Part shown: positions 60,919 to 64,000 of the stretch, piece by piece
How positions within the stretch are numbered: the first letter of the stretch is position 1
How the letters are laid out: each line of letters opens with the position of its first letter
Assembly (NCBI RefSeq): GCF_035084215.1
Contig: NC_090363.1
Location: forward strand, 1,488,001-1,552,000
Reading direction: 5' to 3'
DNA from: Heptranchias perlo
Lineage: Eukaryota
Length of the DNA: 64,000 nucleotides
The notes under the pieces: model-generated
Seen by the model: the letters and a program-made list of their open reading frames with translations, nothing else
Database searches by the model: none
What the model was told of the DNA's origin: nothing
Program-made: the position numbers and the translations under genes

Positions 60919-61001
60919 ATATCCCATGATCTGTATCTCTCGCTCTCTTGTCTTTCTCTCTCTCTCTTTCTCTGTATCTCTCACACTGCCTCCCTCTTTG
61001 T

Positions 61002-61177
61002 GGGGGTGATTTTAAACCCCAAGAGCAGGTGGGTTGGAGTTGAAAATAGTTGTTTTTTTGGGGTCGCGATCGAGGCCCGGCTTTATTTCCGGGTTTAACG
61101 TCGGCGCGGAAAAGTACAGGCTTCTCACTGGGAATGTAAAGTCCGAAAACTTTGCAGTTGCGACCCAAAAAAACAAC
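61002..61177. mobile_element. MITE copy (right end missing)
   Basis: Homologous to 56663-56892. Confidence 0.78.
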
Positions 61178-61179
61178 GG

Positions 61180-64000
61180 TCTCTCTNNNNNNNNNNNNNN
61201 NNNNNNNNNNNNNNNNNNNNNNNNNNNNNNNNNNNNNNNNNNNNNNNNNNNNNNNNNNNNNNNNNNNNNNNNNNNNNNNNNNNNNNNNNNNNNNNNNNNN
61301 NNNNNNNNNNNNNNNNNNNNNNNNNNNNNNNNNNNNNNNNNNNNNNNNNNNNNNNNNNNNNNNNNNNNNNNNNNNNNNNNNNNNNNNNNNNNNNNNNNNN
61401 NNNNNNNNNNNNNNNNNNNNNNNNNNNNNNNNNNNNNNNNNNNNNNNNNNNNNNNNNNNNNNNNNNNNNNCTCTGTATCTCTCTCTGTTTCTCTCTTACA
61501 CTGTCTCTCTCTCTGTATCTCTCTCTGTCTCTCTCTTACACTGTCTCCCTCTCTGTATCTCTCTCTGTTTCTCTNNNNNNNNNNNNNNNNNNNNNNNNNN
61601 NNNNNNNNNNNNNNNNNNNNNNNNNNNNNNNNNNNNNNNNNNNNNNNNNNNNNNNNNNNNNNNNNNNNNNNNNNNNNNNNNNNNNNNNNNNNNNNNNNNN
61701 NNNNNNNNNNNNNNNNNNNNNNNNNNNNNNNNNNNNNNNNNNNNNNNNNNNNNNNNNNNNNNNNNNNNNNNNNNNNNNNNNNNNNNNNNNNNNNNNNNNN
61801 NNNNNNNNNNNNNNNNNNNNCTCTGTATCTCTCTCTGTTTCTCTCTTACACTGTCTCCCTCTCTGTATCTCTCTCTGTCTCTCTCTTACACTGTCTCCCT
61901 CTCTGTATCTCTCTCTGTCTCTCCCTTACATTGTCTCTCTCTCTGTTTCTCTCTTACACTGTCTCCCTCTCTGTCTCTCTCTCTGTCTCTCTCTTACACT
62001 GTCTCTCTCTCTGTATCTCTCTCTGTCTCTCTCTCTGTTTCTCTCTTACACTGTCTCCCTCTCTGTATCTCTCTCTGTTTCTCTCTTACACTGTCTCCCT
62101 CTCTGTATCTCTCTCTGTTTCTCTNNNNNNNNNNNNNNNNNNNNNNNNNNNNNNNNNNNNNNNNNNNNNNNNNNNNNNNNNNNNNNNNNNNNNNNNNNNN
62201 NNNNNNNNNNNNNNNNNNNNNNNNNNNNNNNNNNNNNNNNNNNNNNNNNNNNNNNNNNNNNNNNNNNNNNNNNNNNNNNNNNNNNNNNNNNNNNNNNNNN
62301 CTCTGTATCTCTCTCTNNNNNNNNNNNNNNNNNNNNNNNNNNNNNNNNNNNNNNNNNNNNNNNNNNNNNNNNNNNNNNNNNNNNNNNNNNNNNNNNNNNN
62401 NNNNNNNNNNNNNNNNNNNNNNNNNNNNNNNNNNNNNNNNNNNNNNNNNNNNNNNNNNNNCTCTGTATCTCTCTCTGTTTCTCTCTTACACTGTCTCTCT
62501 CTCTGTCTCTCTCTCTGTATCTCTCTCTGTCTCTCTCTTACACTGTCTCCCTCTCTGTATCTCTCTCTGTTTCTCTNNNNNNNNNNNNNNNNNNNNNNNN
62601 NNNNNNNNNNNNNNNNNNNNNNNNNNNNNNNNNNNNNNNNNNNNNNNNNNNNNNNNNNNNNNNNNNNNNNNNNNNNNNNNNNNNNNNNNNNNNNNNNNNN
62701 NNNNNNNNNNNNNNNNNNNNNNNNNNNNNNNNNNNNNNNNNNNNNNNNNNNNNNNNNNNNNNNNNNNNNNNNNNNNNNNNNNNNNNNNNNNNNNNNNNNN
62801 NNNNNNNNNNNNNNNNNNNNNNNNNNNNNNNNNNNNNNNNNNNNNNNNCTCTGTATCTCTCTCTGTTTCTCTNNNNNNNNNNNNNNNNNNNNNNNNNNNN
62901 NNNNNNNNNNNNNNNNNNNNNNNNNNNNNNNNNNNNNNNNNNNNNNNNNNNNNNNNNNNNNNNNNNNNNNNNNNNNNNNNNNNNNNNNNNNNNNNNNNNN
63001 NNNNNNNNNNNNNNNNNNNNNNNNNNNNNNNNNNNNCTCTGTATCTCTCTCTATCTCTCTCTTACACTGTCTCTCTCTCTGTTTCTCTCTTACACTGTCT
63101 CCCTCTCTGTCTCTCTCTCTGTCTCTCTCTTACACTGTCTCTCTCTCTGTATCTCTCTCTGTTTCTCTNNNNNNNNNNNNNNNNNNNNNNNNNNNNNNNN
63201 NNNNNNNNNNNNNNNNNNNNNNNNNNNNNNNNNNNNNNNNNNNNNNNNNNNNNNNNNNNNNNNNNNNNNNNNNNNNNNNNNNNNNNNNNNNNNNNNNNNN
63301 NNNNNNNNNNNNNNNNNNNNNNNNNNNNNNNNNNNNNNNNNNNNNNNNNNNNNNNNNNNNNNNNNNNNNNNNNNNNNNNNNNNNNNNNNNNNNNNNNNNN
63401 CTCTGTATCTCTCTCTGTTTCTCTCTTACACTGTCTCCCTCTCTGTATCTCTCTCTGTTTCTCTNNNNNNNNNNNNNNNNNNNNNNNNNNNNNNNNNNNN
63501 NNNNNNNNNNNNNNNNNNNNNNNNNNNNNNNNNNNNNNNNNNNNNNNNNNNNNNNNNNNNNNNNNNNNNNNNNNNNNNNNNNNNNNNNNNNNNNNNNNNN
63601 NNNNNNNNNNNNNNNNNNNNNNNNNNNNNNNNNNNNNNNNNNNNNNNNNNNNNNCTCTGTATCTCTCTCTNNNNNNNNNNNNNNNNNNNNNNNNNNNNNN
63701 NNNNNNNNNNNNNNNNNNNNNNNNNNNNNNNNNNNNNNNNNNNNNNNNNNNNNNNNNNNNNNNNNNNNNNNNNNNNNNNNNNNNNNNNNNNNNNNNNNNN
63801 NNNNNNNNNNNNNNCTCTGTATCTCTCTCTGTTTCTCTCTTACACTGTCTCTCTCTCTGTCTCTCTCTCTGTATCTCTCTCTGTCTCTCTCTTACACTGT
63901 CTCCCTCTCTGTATCTCTCTCTGTTTCTCTCTTACACTGTCTCCCTCTCTGTATCTCTCTCTGTCTCTCCCTTACACTGTCTCCCTCTCTGTATCTCTCT
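61180..64000. repeat. CT-rich ~40-bp tandem array interrupted by many N runs
   Basis: CTCTGTATCTCTCTCTGTTTCTCTCTTACACTGTCTCCCT. Confidence 0.9.

Overview
Vertebrate genomic DNA. The repeat landscape (CR1 and L2-like LINEs, a tRNA-headed Deu-domain-type SINE, Penelope elements) points to a cartilaginous fish such as a shark; this is an inference. Three protein-coding genes can be reconstructed. (1) The first three exons of an intron-containing RPL7A-like gene (minus strand; the gene runs off the left edge). (2) A single-coding-exon B3GALT4-like GT31 galactosyltransferase (plus strand, 15434-16516). (3) A complete 16-coding-exon WDR46/BING4/UTP7 gene (minus strand, 47668-25686, 590 aa, one GC-AG intron). 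The convergent B3GALT4><WDR46 pair marks the extended MHC class II region. Here, however, the upstream neighbour is a diverged RPL7A-like gene instead of RPS18, and no PFDN6 is visible head-to-head with WDR46. The rest is retroelements, a 681-bp solo LTR with a 4-bp TSD, a MITE family, three minimal hammerhead-ribozyme motifs in Penelope termini, and more than 15 minisatellites, several seeded from SINE/LINE sequence. Most ORF-track entries are artefacts of repeats. Gene and repeat identities come from recalled family motifs, not database searches.
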